A DNA stretch of 64,000 bases from Rickettsiales bacterium (GCA_024304995.1 JAMWZD010000001.1:385472-449471), one strand, 5' to 3'. Numbered from the stretch's first letter, positions 29,528 to 39,401 are shown. Notes: generated from the letters alone by a model not told the origin. Numbers and translations are program-made.

Positions 29528-29992
29528 TTACTTCTTCTTATTTTCAATCGCTTTGGTCTGCCCTTTAATGGCAATCTGGCGCGGTTTTTTCTCTTCTGGG
29601 ATTTCGCGTTCCAGCAAAATTTCCAGCAAACCGTTATTCATTTCTGCATCTACCACTTTGATAGTATCTGCCAAGCGGAAGGTACGGTTGAAGTTGCGTG
29701 TTGCAATGCCGCGATGCAAATATTCCTTGTTTGACTCTGCATCTTCCTGCTTGGTGGCGGTCACGGTCAGTTCACCATCTTCCAGTGTGATGGAGAGTTC
29801 ATCCATCGTAAATCCAGCTACTGCCATTACAATGCGATAATCATTCTCGCCTGTTTTTTCGATATTGTAAGGGGGATAATTCTCAAATCCTGCGGTTTTT
29901 TCATTCAGCAGTGATTCGAACAAATCATTAAATCGGTCAAACCCAACGGTCTGGCGCATTAAAGGTGTTGTTAATGTCATTACATTTGCCAT
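29528..29992 (-). CDS. Hsp20/alpha-crystallin family small heat-shock protein (IbpA-like)
   Basis: PPYNIEKTGENDYRIVMAVAGF...LHRGIATRNFNRTFRLAD...GLLEILLERE is a typical IbpA/Hsp20 core. Confidence 0.9.
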   Translation of the reverse strand: MANVMTLTTPLMRQTVGFDRFNDLFESLLNEKTAGFENYPPYNIEKTGENDYRIVMAVAGFTMDELSITLEDGELTVTATKQEDAESNKEYLHRGIATRNFNRTFRLADTIKVVDAEMNNGLLEILLEREIPEEKKPRQIAIKGQTKAIENKKK

Positions 29993-30088
29993 AATTTAAT
30001 CTCCTTTTTAAAAGCAAAATTGTCATTATATGCGGTTAATAAGCGTTCAACCCATTATGGCATTGATTACTCCTTAACCCACTGATTG

Positions 30089-30117
30089 ATATGGTTACTT
30101 CACTTATTATTTTCAAG
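30089..30117 (-). promoter_or_regulatory. Candidate sigma-32 (RpoH)-type promoter upstream of hsp20
   Basis: The minus strand reads CTTGAAA-(16 nt)-CCATATC, resembling CTTGAA-N13-17-CCCCATNT, and lies about 100 nt upstream of the hsp20 start. Confidence 0.35.
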
Positions 30118-30182
30118 AGTGATCTAACATTTTTTTGCATTTTTTTGCTGACGCATCTGAAATATGTTATTATACAGCCTCA

Positions 30183-31244
30183 ATGAAACGCCCTACACTT
30201 ACTGTTCATCTTTCCGCCTTGGTTAAAAACTGGGAATTGCTATGCACGCAGCATGGCAATGCGCAAGTGGGGGCAACGGTAAAAGCCAATGCGTATGGTT
30301 TAGGTGTGCATGAATGTGCGCTGGCGTTGCAAAAAGCAGGGTGCAAACACTTCTTTGTCGCCACTTTGCAGGAAGCACTTACGCTTCGGGAAGCGTTGAC
30401 AGATGCGCCTGTCTATGTGTTTCAGGGGATGCTGAAAGGTGAAGCTGAGATTTACGCAAAGCACCATATCAGCCCTGTGATTAACAATCTCAAACAGTTA
30501 CAGAATTATAATCAGCACAAACTCCCCGCCGCCGCGTTGCATATTGATTCAGGGATGCAGCGTTTGGGGTTTGATATATCCGAATTGACGGACGACGTGC
30601 TTAAGCAGATCAAGCAAAGCAATATTGCCCTTGTCATGACGCATTATGCCTGCGCGTCCGAGCCTGAGCATCCGCTCAATCACCAACAGCTGAGCATTAT
30701 GCAGCGGGCAAAAATATTGCTACCACATTTGCCTACAAGTTATGCCAACAGTGCAGCGCATTTTCTGCCGAAAGACTATCACGGGGACATCACCCGCCCT
30801 GGCTGCGCACTTTATGGCATTAATCCATGTGACAATAGTCCCAACCCCATGCACCATGTCGCCACCTTGTCTGCGCCCATTTTGCAGGTGCGCACCATGC
30901 AGGAAGCAACTACCATAGGCTATATGGCAACGAAGCATTTGCGCAAAAATACAAAAGTCGTTACTGCAGCGATTGGTTATGCAGACGGCATCCACCGCAC
31001 GGCAAGCAATGCGCTTTATGGGTTTATTGGCGATTATAAACTGCCATTAGTGGGGCGTGTAACGATGGATGCATGCTGCTTTGATGCATCACACGTGCCA
31101 GTCTCTGTGCTTGAACAAGCCGATATGATTGAAATTATGAATGAGCGCCAAACAGTGAACCACCTTGCCCAGATTTATGGTACGATTGGTTATGAGGTGC
31201 TGACCTCTTTAGGGCAGAGGATTGAACGACAATACGTTGATTGA
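30183..31244 (+). CDS. alr: Alanine racemase
   Basis: The internal ATG at 30183 gives MKRPTLTVHLSAL. VKANAYGLG is the PLP-lysine motif; the C-terminus has GYEVLTSLGQRIER. Confidence 0.9.
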   Translation: MKRPTLTVHLSALVKNWELLCTQHGNAQVGATVKANAYGLGVHECALALQKAGCKHFFVATLQEALTLREALTDAPVYVFQGMLKGEAEIYAKHHISPVINNLKQLQNYNQHKLPAAALHIDSGMQRLGFDISELTDDVLKQIKQSNIALVMTHYACASEPEHPLNHQQLSIMQRAKILLPHLPTSYANSAAHFLPKDYHGDITRPGCALYGINPCDNSPNPMHHVATLSAPILQVRTMQEATTIGYMATKHLRKNTKVVTAAIGYADGIHRTASNALYGFIGDYKLPLVGRVTMDACCFDASHVPVSVLEQADMIEIMNERQTVNHLAQIYGTIGYEVLTSLGQRIERQYVD

Positions 31245-31296
31245 CCTTAAGCCACAAACGCGCTAGTTTAACAGCTGTTCTTTTTTAAAACAGATT

Positions 31297-31539
31297 ATGA
31301 TACTAAATAATATTACTCTCACTTTTAGAAGTAGAGAATATGCTGGATATGTAGCAATATATAATTCGCAGAGCAAACTGCAATCCATGCAACCCCTTCC
31401 AAAAGGTGAGACCATCACAATATCTGCATTGAATGCGAGTATTGTCAAAGTATGGAAGAATGTTGAGAAATATCACCTTACTGGTGACATCTTGAAACAA
31501 CATCCAGACGAGGTCATTTCCTTATATGTAAGATCGTAA
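31297..31539 (+). CDS. Hypothetical small protein (AT-rich ORFan)
   Basis: 80-aa ORF followed by a terminator-like hairpin plus T-run. No family recognised. Confidence 0.4.
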   Translation: MILNNITLTFRSREYAGYVAIYNSQSKLQSMQPLPKGETITISALNASIVKVWKNVEKYHLTGDILKQHPDEVISLYVRS

Positions 31540-31546
31540 CACGCTT

Positions 31547-31584
31547 ACCCACACAAAAATATTTGTCGTGGGTCTTTTTTTTGG
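31547..31584 (+). terminator. Rho-independent terminator
   Basis: acccacacaaa...tttgtcgtgggt hairpin followed by cttttttttgg (31574-31584). Confidence 0.55.
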
Positions 31585-31615
31585 ACTTTTTCATGCATTG
31601 CGTTATCACTTGTGC

Positions 31616-31972
31616 ATGGAATCACCGCGCAACAGAAACTGGCTGAAAGCCATTATAGAAAATGCCCTCCTTTGGCTGCTGGCATATTTGCTATGCAAAT
31701 ATATTCTGCTTGCACCTTCACAAACCATCATCGCTTCCCTGCCCGCGGCATGGCTGGACGCAGCAGGAATGCTATCAGGCATTGCCATTTTTGGCTCACT
31801 TTATCTGATGCAGGAATATTTTATTTCAGCACATGGCAATCTCTACCGCATCCTATACGCTGCAGGCTGCATTGGACTGGCGGTGTTAAATGCAAACAAC
31901 CTGCCCGTGTTCACGTTGCAGATTGTCTTTGTACTTTATCTGATGAAAAAGATTATCTGGTCAAAAAATTAA
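31616..31972 (+). CDS. Hypothetical integral membrane protein
   Basis: ORF 31568..31972. The GTG start lies inside the upstream terminator, so ATG 31616 (MESPRNRNWLKAI...) is preferred. About four hydrophobic helices. Confidence 0.45.
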   Translation: MESPRNRNWLKAIIENALLWLLAYLLCKYILLAPSQTIIASLPAAWLDAAGMLSGIAIFGSLYLMQEYFISAHGNLYRILYAAGCIGLAVLNANNLPVFTLQIVFVLYLMKKIIWSKN

Positions 31973-32997
31973 AGCGCGTGCAACGCCTCCGCGCTGAGCT
32001 GACCAGATTCCTGTTGCAGCACTTTTCCTGCTACCTTATGTCCCAGCTTTAGCGATGTTTCTTCGTCATAACCACGAATTAACCCTGAACACACACCTGC
32101 CATATAAGCATCACCTGCGCCCAGTGTGCTGACCACTTTTTCCAGCGTTTCGGGTGCAGCATGATATGCGCCTGTCTGGTTCACCAGCATGGCAGGGTGT
32201 TCACCACGTGAGATAATCACGCATGGCATATCATGATGTGTGCGCATCCAGTCAAAGATTGTCTGACAACCTTCTTCAAATGCGGTTTTATCAGATTCCA
32301 TTAATGCATAAAGCTCATCATCATTGCCGCACACCAACGCTGCATGGCGCTTGATAGTGTCTATCATCTTCGCACGATGCTGAACCACCTGTTCCGCGCC
32401 AAACAAGGTGAAGCCAATGTCGGTATTATGTTTTTTTGCCAGCGCAATTAAATCATCCCACAATATATAACCTTGTGGCAGTGCCAGCAATTCACCTTCT
32501 AAAATAATCAGGTCCGCGTCTTTTATGTCATCTTCAATGTCACTTGCCGCAAAGGCAGACATGCTATCACCGAAATAACGCCCAATCGCACGTTCTCCGC
32601 GCGAATCGGTGCATACGTAAGACCGTGATGTTTCTGTGCCGTAAGCATGATGTGGCAACAGATCAATATGTGCAGTTTTCATGGCATCACCAAAAATAGC
32701 ACCATATTCATCATCCGCACAGGCAGCGACAAATTTGATTGTCACGTCTGCGCATAAGGCTTTCATCGCACAGGCACTATTTGCGAGCGACCCTCCAGCC
32801 ACCGTTTCATTATTATATTCCTGAAGATGTTTTTCAATTTCGCGCACCAGCTTGCTGTCCATCAATGAGCGGTCATTGTAAGACATGCCGAACATCTGCA
32901 CGGCTTCAGGGCTCATGCCATCAATCAGAATGTCTGCAACGGGCATACCAATGCAGAGAATCTCTCTTGCCTGAGACAACACGGAATTATGCGCCAT
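31969..32997 (-). CDS. PfkB family carbohydrate/nucleoside kinase (adenosine kinase-like)
   Basis: GGSLANS N-terminal motif and C-terminal TLGAGDAYMAGV (the PfkB GAGD motif). Confidence 0.8.
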   Translation of the reverse strand: MAHNSVLSQAREILCIGMPVADILIDGMSPEAVQMFGMSYNDRSLMDSKLVREIEKHLQEYNNETVAGGSLANSACAMKALCADVTIKFVAACADDEYGAIFGDAMKTAHIDLLPHHAYGTETSRSYVCTDSRGERAIGRYFGDSMSAFAASDIEDDIKDADLIILEGELLALPQGYILWDDLIALAKKHNTDIGFTLFGAEQVVQHRAKMIDTIKRHAALVCGNDDELYALMESDKTAFEEGCQTIFDWMRTHHDMPCVIISRGEHPAMLVNQTGAYHAAPETLEKVVSTLGAGDAYMAGVCSGLIRGYDEETSLKLGHKVAGKVLQQESGQLSAEALHAL

Positions 32998-35018
32998 TAT
33001 GCTGCATCCTCTTCTTCTTCACCCACTGGGCCGAACTCAACCATAATGCTTTCTGCGCGCACGCTTTCACCTGCTTTAACGTGCAGTTTAGTAACGATGG
33101 CATCTTGCTCTGCGCGGAAAATATTTTCCATTTTCATTGCTTCTATCACCAGCAGTTCCTGCCCTGCAAACACCTTATCACCCTCTTTAACATTTACAGA
33201 ACTCACCAGACCTGTGATAGGTGATTTCAGTTGCCCGCTATCATCATCATCGTCTTTTTCAGGCATGTGAATGGCAAGCTCTGCCACGCGCGGAGTGCGC
33301 ACTTTCACCTGCTTTTCTGCTCCGCCATAATGCAATTCAAACCCTTCAATAATCGGGCGAATAACCACGGAAACTGGTTTATCATTAACCGTTCCCTGAA
33401 ACAGGCGACGACCCAGATCCCAGCTGGAACGCACCGTGGCGACCCCTGTGCCAAAGCTGATATCGTATCCACCATCCACCTTATGGGCGATGATAGGATA
33501 GTCGCTTTTGTCAATATGCACCACCCAGCGCGAACCAATCACACGGTTATAGCCTGGCAACTGACCTGAGGTTTGTGACGCACGCTCTGCATCTTTGAGA
33601 TATGCGAATACACCCACCCCAACAAACACGCGCAAGAGCGATTCATTCAGCGCCGCTGCTTCATATCCATCAGGATATTCCTGCGAGATGAAATTGGTGG
33701 AAATGTCTGATTTTTCAAAACGCTCATGCGCTAAAATAGATTGCAGGAAACTGATATTATGCGCCACCCCTTCAATTACAAAAGAAGAGAGTGCATCTTT
33801 CATTAAATCCAGCGATTCCTGACGGGAGGCAGCATGGGTGCAGACCTTTGCAATCATCGGGTCATAAAACATGCTGACTTCACCACCGCCATACACACCA
33901 GAATCCACAATAATTTTTTTGCCGTCTTCTGGTTCTGGTTCTTCGTAACGGCTGACGCGCCCAATAGAAGGCAGGAAAGAGCGTTTTGGGTCTTCTGCAT
34001 AGACACGGCTTTCAAATGCCCAGCCGTCAAACGTCACATCTTTTTGCGTGACAGTTAAACGCTCGCCATAGGCGGCACGGATCATCTGCTCAACAATGTC
34101 GATGCCAGTGATGAGTTCGGTCACGCGGTGTTCCACCTGCAAACGTGTGTTCATCTCAAGGAAATAAAAGTTCTTCTTATCATCCACGATGAACTCAACC
34201 GTTCCCGCCGTGTGATAATCCACCTTTTTTGCCAGCGCAACGGATTGCTTACCCATTTTGGTGCGTAAGGCATTATCCACAAACATGCTCGGCGCTTCTT
34301 CAATCACTTTCTGATGACGGCGCTGAATGGAACATTCACGCTCCCCCAGATGCACTACATTGCCATGTTTATCGGCGATAATCTGAATTTCAATATGGCG
34401 GGGATTATCAAAGAATTTCTCAATAAAGACTCGCGCATCACCAAAGCTGGAACGCGCCTCTGACGATGCCAACCGCATCCCGTCTTTCAGCTCAGACTCG
34501 TCACGCACAATGCGCATACCCTTTCCGCCGCCGCCTGCTGCGGCTTTAATCATGACGGGATAGCCGATTTTTGACGCCTGTTTTTTTGCGTCTGCCAGTG
34601 TGGAAACGGCATCTACCCCACCAGGCACCACATTCACGCCCGCCTTTTTCGCCAGTTTCTTGGATTCAATCTTGTCACCCATAGATTCAATCGCATTTGG
34701 CGAAGGACCGATCAGTGTAATGTTACGTTTTGCCAGCGTTTTAGCAAAATCTGCATTCTCAGAGAGGAAGCCATACCCAGGATGCACTGCTTGCGCCCCT
34801 GTCTGGTCAATCGCGCTTAAAATGGCTTTGACGTTCAGATAACTCTCAGAAGATGGTGACGGACCAATGTAAATTGCCTCATCTGCCTCTTTCACGTGGC
34901 GTGCATTCGTGTCTGCCTCAGAATAGACCGCAACGGTTTTAATCCCCATTTTGCGGCAGGTTTGCATGACACGAAGGGCGATTTCACCCCGATTGGCGAT
35001 AAGAATTTTGCTAAACAT
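32997..35018 (-). CDS. Biotin-dependent acyl-CoA carboxylase alpha subunit (biotin carboxylase + BCCP; propionyl/3-methylcrotonyl-CoA carboxylase-like)
   Basis: MFSKILIANRGEIALRV..., an ATP-grasp domain, and C-terminal EAMKMEN (biotinyl-lysine). Confidence 0.85.
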   Translation of the reverse strand: MFSKILIANRGEIALRVMQTCRKMGIKTVAVYSEADTNARHVKEADEAIYIGPSPSSESYLNVKAILSAIDQTGAQAVHPGYGFLSENADFAKTLAKRNITLIGPSPNAIESMGDKIESKKLAKKAGVNVVPGGVDAVSTLADAKKQASKIGYPVMIKAAAGGGGKGMRIVRDESELKDGMRLASSEARSSFGDARVFIEKFFDNPRHIEIQIIADKHGNVVHLGERECSIQRRHQKVIEEAPSMFVDNALRTKMGKQSVALAKKVDYHTAGTVEFIVDDKKNFYFLEMNTRLQVEHRVTELITGIDIVEQMIRAAYGERLTVTQKDVTFDGWAFESRVYAEDPKRSFLPSIGRVSRYEEPEPEDGKKIIVDSGVYGGGEVSMFYDPMIAKVCTHAASRQESLDLMKDALSSFVIEGVAHNISFLQSILAHERFEKSDISTNFISQEYPDGYEAAALNESLLRVFVGVGVFAYLKDAERASQTSGQLPGYNRVIGSRWVVHIDKSDYPIIAHKVDGGYDISFGTGVATVRSSWDLGRRLFQGTVNDKPVSVVIRPIIEGFELHYGGAEKQVKVRTPRVAELAIHMPEKDDDDDSGQLKSPITGLVSSVNVKEGDKVFAGQELLVIEAMKMENIFRAEQDAIVTKLHVKAGESVRAESIMVEFGPVGEEEEDAA

Positions 35019-35084
35019 AGTCTATGCTTATAATGCAGCTATTTTCTCACCGCAACAGCTTTGCATGAGTATTTTTCAGTTTGC

Positions 35085-35579
35085 TTAGGCAACGCAGCTA
35101 AATGCATCTCCACTGCGTGCAACAATTCCGCGCCATATATCCACTGAATCCTGATTATCAACGGTAATTCCTGCTGCTTCCACTGCATTGAAAAGCATCT
35201 CAACATCCTGCTTTGATGCCACAAAATAGGTCAGTGAATACATTTGCGCAGTTTCACGGTTCGGCGCGTCATAATCCACCTCTTCTACATAAGCTGGTGG
35301 TGTGACAGCACCCCCTTCAGCACGCCTGTCCTTTAAAATGGCATAAATTTCTTCCTGCAAATGTTCACGCTCACTGTCATTAAGAAACTGAATATTGATT
35401 GTATATTGTGTGAGCTTCTGATGCTCCACATCCTGCGTCGAAACGCATTTTTCGGGCGTACGCATATAGGCTGCATTATCCTTGTAATATTGCATCTCCG
35501 CATCAAAATCGCCCTGAGCAACTTCTGCTGTTTCAATGTTTCCGTTATTAACCTGATGTATATTTATATGCGCAATCAT
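35085..35579 (-). CDS. Hypothetical protein
   Basis: 164-aa ORF upstream of, and co-directional with, the carboxylase gene. No recognisable motifs. Confidence 0.5.
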   Translation of the reverse strand: MIAHINIHQVNNGNIETAEVAQGDFDAEMQYYKDNAAYMRTPEKCVSTQDVEHQKLTQYTINIQFLNDSEREHLQEEIYAILKDRRAEGGAVTPPAYVEEVDYDAPNRETAQMYSLTYFVASKQDVEMLFNAVEAAGITVDNQDSVDIWRGIVARSGDAFSCVA

Positions 35580-35670
35580 AACAATATATTAATGAGATTA
35601 AATCAAAATTTCCAGTAGTTAATGAATGCAATGATTGAGCAGCGCAGAATATGGTGCTATCAGCATATAT

Positions 35671-37134
35671 ATGAAAGAAAATATGAGTCTGATAGAAACT
35701 GTAGAAACATTTGATAAAGCGCATCTCATGGTGATTGGTGATGTCATGCTGGATCGCTTTGTATATGGCAATGTCAGCCGCATTTCCCCTGAAGCGCCTG
35801 TGCCTGTAATGCATATCTCCCATGAAGATATGATGCTTGGCGGCGCGGGCAACGTAATGCGCAACATCGCGTCTTTAGGCGCATCCGCTTTTTTTGTTTC
35901 TCTGACAGGAAATGATAATGTTGGCGACAAAATACACCAGTTACTTCAGGATGAAAAACGCGCTACGGCAAAACTGCTTCGCTCATCTCAGCGACAATCA
36001 ACAGAAAAAATTCGTTATATTGCCGAATCTCAGCAGTTATTGCGTGCGGATAATGAATCTGTCAGCGCCATAGATTCAGACGAAGAAGCACAACTGCTGA
36101 ACGCCTGCAAATCGCAAATTGATAACATTCATGCCATCATCATTTCGGATTATAATAAAGGCACACTGCCTGATAGCCTGATCAAATCGCTCATAGCGCT
36201 TGGAAATAAACATACATTGCCTGTATTAATTGATCCTAAGAAATGGGATATATCGCTTTATAAAAATGCCACCTTATTATGCCCGAATTATAAAGAAGCG
36301 CAGCTTCTGCATGGCGCACCCTTTAAAGATGATGCGGATATGATTGCAATATTATCAGGCTGGTGTTCTACTTATAATATCGAAAATATACTGGTGACAC
36401 TCGGCGCAAAAGGCATGATGCTGATTACGGCTGAGGGACTGAAAACACATATCAAAGCGAAAGCAAGAGAAGTTTATGATGTTTCTGGCGCAGGCGATAC
36501 GGTGCTTGCCACACTTGCCTGCGCCATCGCACGTGGAGCAGATGCATCTGACGCTGCCATCATTGCCAATCATGCTGCAGCCATAGCAGTCAGCCATCTG
36601 GGCACTGCAACGGTGCATCGCACTGACATTAAAACAGCACTACATACCGATGCGCTTACCGCAGGAAGTCATAAAATCCTTTCACTGGAGGCGGCAAAGG
36701 AAAAAACAGCCCAGTGGCAAAAGCAGGGGCTGTCTGTCGGGTTCACTAATGGCTGCTTCGATATTGTGCATCGCGGGCATATCACCTCTCTTAGCCAGTG
36801 CAAATCCCATTGTGACCGTCTGGTTCTTGCCATTAATAGTGATGCATCTGTCAAACGCCTCAAAGGTGATTCACGCCCTGTTAACAATGAAATGGACAGA
36901 GCTATGTTGCTGGCTGCCCTGCAGGATGTGGATGCGATAGTCATTTTCCGTGAGGATACTCCAGAAGCCACGTTGCACGCACTTCGCCCAAACGTGTTGA
37001 TGAAAGGTGCAGATTATCAGAAAGAAGAGATTGTCGGCTGGGAATTTGTAGAAAGTTATGGCGGGCGCGTGGAACGCATTCCATTGGTGGATGGTTATAG
37101 CACCACCAACACTATTGAGAAAATGAAAGCTTAA
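35671..37134 (+). CDS. hldE: Bifunctional D-beta-D-heptose 7-phosphate kinase / D-beta-D-heptose 1-phosphate adenylyltransferase
   Basis: N-terminal PfkB-type kinase (VIGDVMLDRFVYG...SGAGDTV). C-terminal cytidylyltransferase (GFTNGCFDIVHRGHI). Confidence 0.9.
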   Translation: MKENMSLIETVETFDKAHLMVIGDVMLDRFVYGNVSRISPEAPVPVMHISHEDMMLGGAGNVMRNIASLGASAFFVSLTGNDNVGDKIHQLLQDEKRATAKLLRSSQRQSTEKIRYIAESQQLLRADNESVSAIDSDEEAQLLNACKSQIDNIHAIIISDYNKGTLPDSLIKSLIALGNKHTLPVLIDPKKWDISLYKNATLLCPNYKEAQLLHGAPFKDDADMIAILSGWCSTYNIENILVTLGAKGMMLITAEGLKTHIKAKAREVYDVSGAGDTVLATLACAIARGADASDAAIIANHAAAIAVSHLGTATVHRTDIKTALHTDALTAGSHKILSLEAAKEKTAQWQKQGLSVGFTNGCFDIVHRGHITSLSQCKSHCDRLVLAINSDASVKRLKGDSRPVNNEMDRAMLLAALQDVDAIVIFREDTPEATLHALRPNVLMKGADYQKEEIVGWEFVESYGGRVERIPLVDGYSTTNTIEKMKA

Positions 37135-37137
37135 AAG

Positions 37138-37434
37138 CTACATCGGCGGACATTCCATACCACCAAATTCTCCTACAAACCAGCCAGCCCCAAAAATAAG
37201 ACATACATCTATTTCTGCGAGGAGACATTTAGTCCAGCTGATCTGCCCCATCAGCGCCAGCAAGCCGATGATAATGATGGACAATGTTGCAAGCCCCGCT
37301 CCCACTTTGCCACTGAACCAGCCAACCACTGTGCATAGGGTTGTGCCAGCAGGGTTGTTTGCCATTGCAATGTCAGGAAAAATTACCGCAACCACAAAAA
37401 GTGATAATAAGAGAAATATATTATTCTTTGTCAT
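37138..37434 (-). CDS. TrbC/VirB2-family type IV secretion pilin-like protein (orphan)
   Basis: 98 aa with a signal peptide ending AMA. LCTVVGWFSGKVGAGLATLSIIIIGLLALMGQISW...IFGAGWFVGEFGG parallels A. tumefaciens VirB2 ICTFILGPFGQSLAVLGIVAIGISWMFGRAS...MFGASFLG. Confidence 0.65.
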   Translation of the reverse strand: MTKNNIFLLLSLFVVAVIFPDIAMANNPAGTTLCTVVGWFSGKVGAGLATLSIIIIGLLALMGQISWTKCLLAEIDVCLIFGAGWFVGEFGGMECPPM

Positions 37435-37563
37435 ATTATAAGTATTTTACAATATAGTTTATTAAAAAACTAATAAAGTTTTAAGACAGTTTTGTTACAG
37501 CTTGCTATTCCGCATCGCATAAATAGAGTGACAAAACGCAGTTTTTAGCCAATACTACAAGTC

Positions 37564-38967
37564 ATGTTGCGCTCTTCAGTTCCTTTTGCGGTACTATTTA
37601 AAGTGATGGCGGCGGTATCCCTGCCCAGCCTTATTGTTATGTCGGTACTGGTAGTCATGGGGTATCTGGATCTCTTTGCATTTCTCGTGTCATATCTGAT
37701 CACGCTGATACTCTCGTTCATATATGTTTATCCTTTCCTGTGCAACATCATGCAACTGACGCATTATGTCAGTGATCTGGCGAAGGACAAAAAAGCCAGT
37801 CAGCCAAAACTGCCTCATATCAGCATGATGTTTGAGCTGTCGCATGAATTGCAAAGCCTGCAGAATTTATGGGAAAAAAAGCGTGAAGAATTACAGAAAA
37901 CCATTATTGAACGTGAAGTGCTGGTGGATGCACTGCCTGACATTATCATCATTATAGACAGCAAACAGCATATTCTACGCACTAATCGCGCTACACGACA
38001 GATATTCTCGCAGAATCTTGCAGGGAAGAAGCTGGAAGATATTATTCCTAGTTCCAACCTGATTGATACTGTTACCCGCGCCATTGAAGGCGGGTCGATG
38101 CAGGAAACCGAGTTTCATATTGAAGAACCAATGTATCGCGATTTTCTGGCGATCATTGAGCATCTTCCCATTGAAGCGCAAGGCGGTGGCGGGTCTTTGG
38201 TGGTTACCATGAATGACATCACTGAACTCAAAGGTGTGGAAAAAATGCGCGCGGATTTTGTTGCCAATGCCAGCCATGAAATCCGCACTCCACTTGCCAG
38301 CATCATTGGTTTTATTGAAACCATTCAAGGCCCCGCTAAGGATGACCCAGAAGCGATTGAGCAATTTCTGGATTTAATGTCGCAGCAGGCAGAGCGTATG
38401 CGTCAGCTCATTAATGATTTGCTGTCATTGTCTAAAATTGAAATGAATGCGCACAGCATCCCGATAGACCCTGTCAATTTTGCGCAGGTAATTAACAGTG
38501 AAGCACGCCATTTTGAACTGCCCGCAAAAGAAAAAGGCATGAGCATTCTGCTGGATGTGAAAGACACTCTTCCGTTGGTAAAAGGGGATAAGAATGAACT
38601 CGCGCAGATTGTTCATAATTTAATTGGCAATGCAATTAAATATGGTGATGCGAACACGGAAGTGCGTGTGGTGGCGCGGGTGACCTCTGACCTGCCGCCA
38701 GACCAATATATGCGCACCATCAACCGCGCGGTGATGCTGTCTGTGCGCGACCAGGGCGAAGGGATTGCAAAAGAACATTTAGCGCGACTGACGGAACGCT
38801 TTTTCCGTGTGGACAGCTCCCGCACACAATCCGTTGGTGGTACAGGGCTTGGGCTTGCGATTGTAAAAGGCATTTTAACGCGCCACCGCGGGGCGATTAC
38901 AATTAATTCTACTATTGGACAAGGCTCAAGTTTTAACGTGTTTCTTCCGCTGTATGAAGATTATTAA
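37564..38967 (+). CDS. phoR: PhoR-like sensor histidine kinase (2 TM, PAS, HisKA, HATPase_c)
   Basis: FVANASHEIRTPLASIIGFIETIQGPAKDDPEA...FLDLMSQQAERMRQLINDLLSLSKIE is the PhoR-type H-box region. G-boxes RDQGEGI and GTGLGLAIVK. Confidence 0.75.
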   Translation: MLRSSVPFAVLFKVMAAVSLPSLIVMSVLVVMGYLDLFAFLVSYLITLILSFIYVYPFLCNIMQLTHYVSDLAKDKKASQPKLPHISMMFELSHELQSLQNLWEKKREELQKTIIEREVLVDALPDIIIIIDSKQHILRTNRATRQIFSQNLAGKKLEDIIPSSNLIDTVTRAIEGGSMQETEFHIEEPMYRDFLAIIEHLPIEAQGGGGSLVVTMNDITELKGVEKMRADFVANASHEIRTPLASIIGFIETIQGPAKDDPEAIEQFLDLMSQQAERMRQLINDLLSLSKIEMNAHSIPIDPVNFAQVINSEARHFELPAKEKGMSILLDVKDTLPLVKGDKNELAQIVHNLIGNAIKYGDANTEVRVVARVTSDLPPDQYMRTINRAVMLSVRDQGEGIAKEHLARLTERFFRVDSSRTQSVGGTGLGLAIVKGILTRHRGAITINSTIGQGSSFNVFLPLYEDY

Positions 38968-39008
38968 AAAAATGCCCAAGCTATGCTCAGGCAAAATAAT
39001 ATCTGTAT

Positions 39009-39401
39009 TTATTCAATGAAAGAGCATTGGGCAGTAATAATATTTAATGTTCCTGCCTGAACGCGTCCTACATTTCCCTCTGCATCAATACCAAAGATCG
39101 CGCCATAATAAACGACTTCGCATTCCGCAAACATCTCGTTTCCCACAAACCCCTTATTAATGTCGTCATACATTCTGCTATCTATGAAAAACACATGATG
39201 GGTTTTATGACATTGGAAACAAAACCGTCTGGAATGTCTGCTTTTAAAGACCACACCTTTTGCAGGTAGTGCATCGCTACAGATATAAGGATTATTGTTA
39301 TTTCTTACTGTTTTTTTTCTTTCTGTGAACAAAAAGGAAAAGTCGACTAGTAATTCACTAAAAATCATAGATGGTATCTGTAATAAAAATGTGCAATTCA
39401 A
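39009..39401 (-). CDS. Hypothetical protein (weak call)
   Basis: 130-aa ORF in an AT-rich intergenic-looking stretch, with unclear start and no motifs. Confidence 0.25.
   Translation of the reverse strand: MNCTFLLQIPSMIFSELLVDFSFLFTERKKTVRNNNNPYICSDALPAKGVVFKSRHSRRFCFQCHKTHHVFFIDSRMYDDINKGFVGNEMFAECEVVYYGAIFGIDAEGNVGRVQAGTLNIITAQCSFIE

Noticed and set aside
31568-31615. GTG start for the membrane-protein ORF
   Set aside because: The GTG lies inside the terminator hairpin/T-run of the upstream ORF, so ATG 31616 is preferred.
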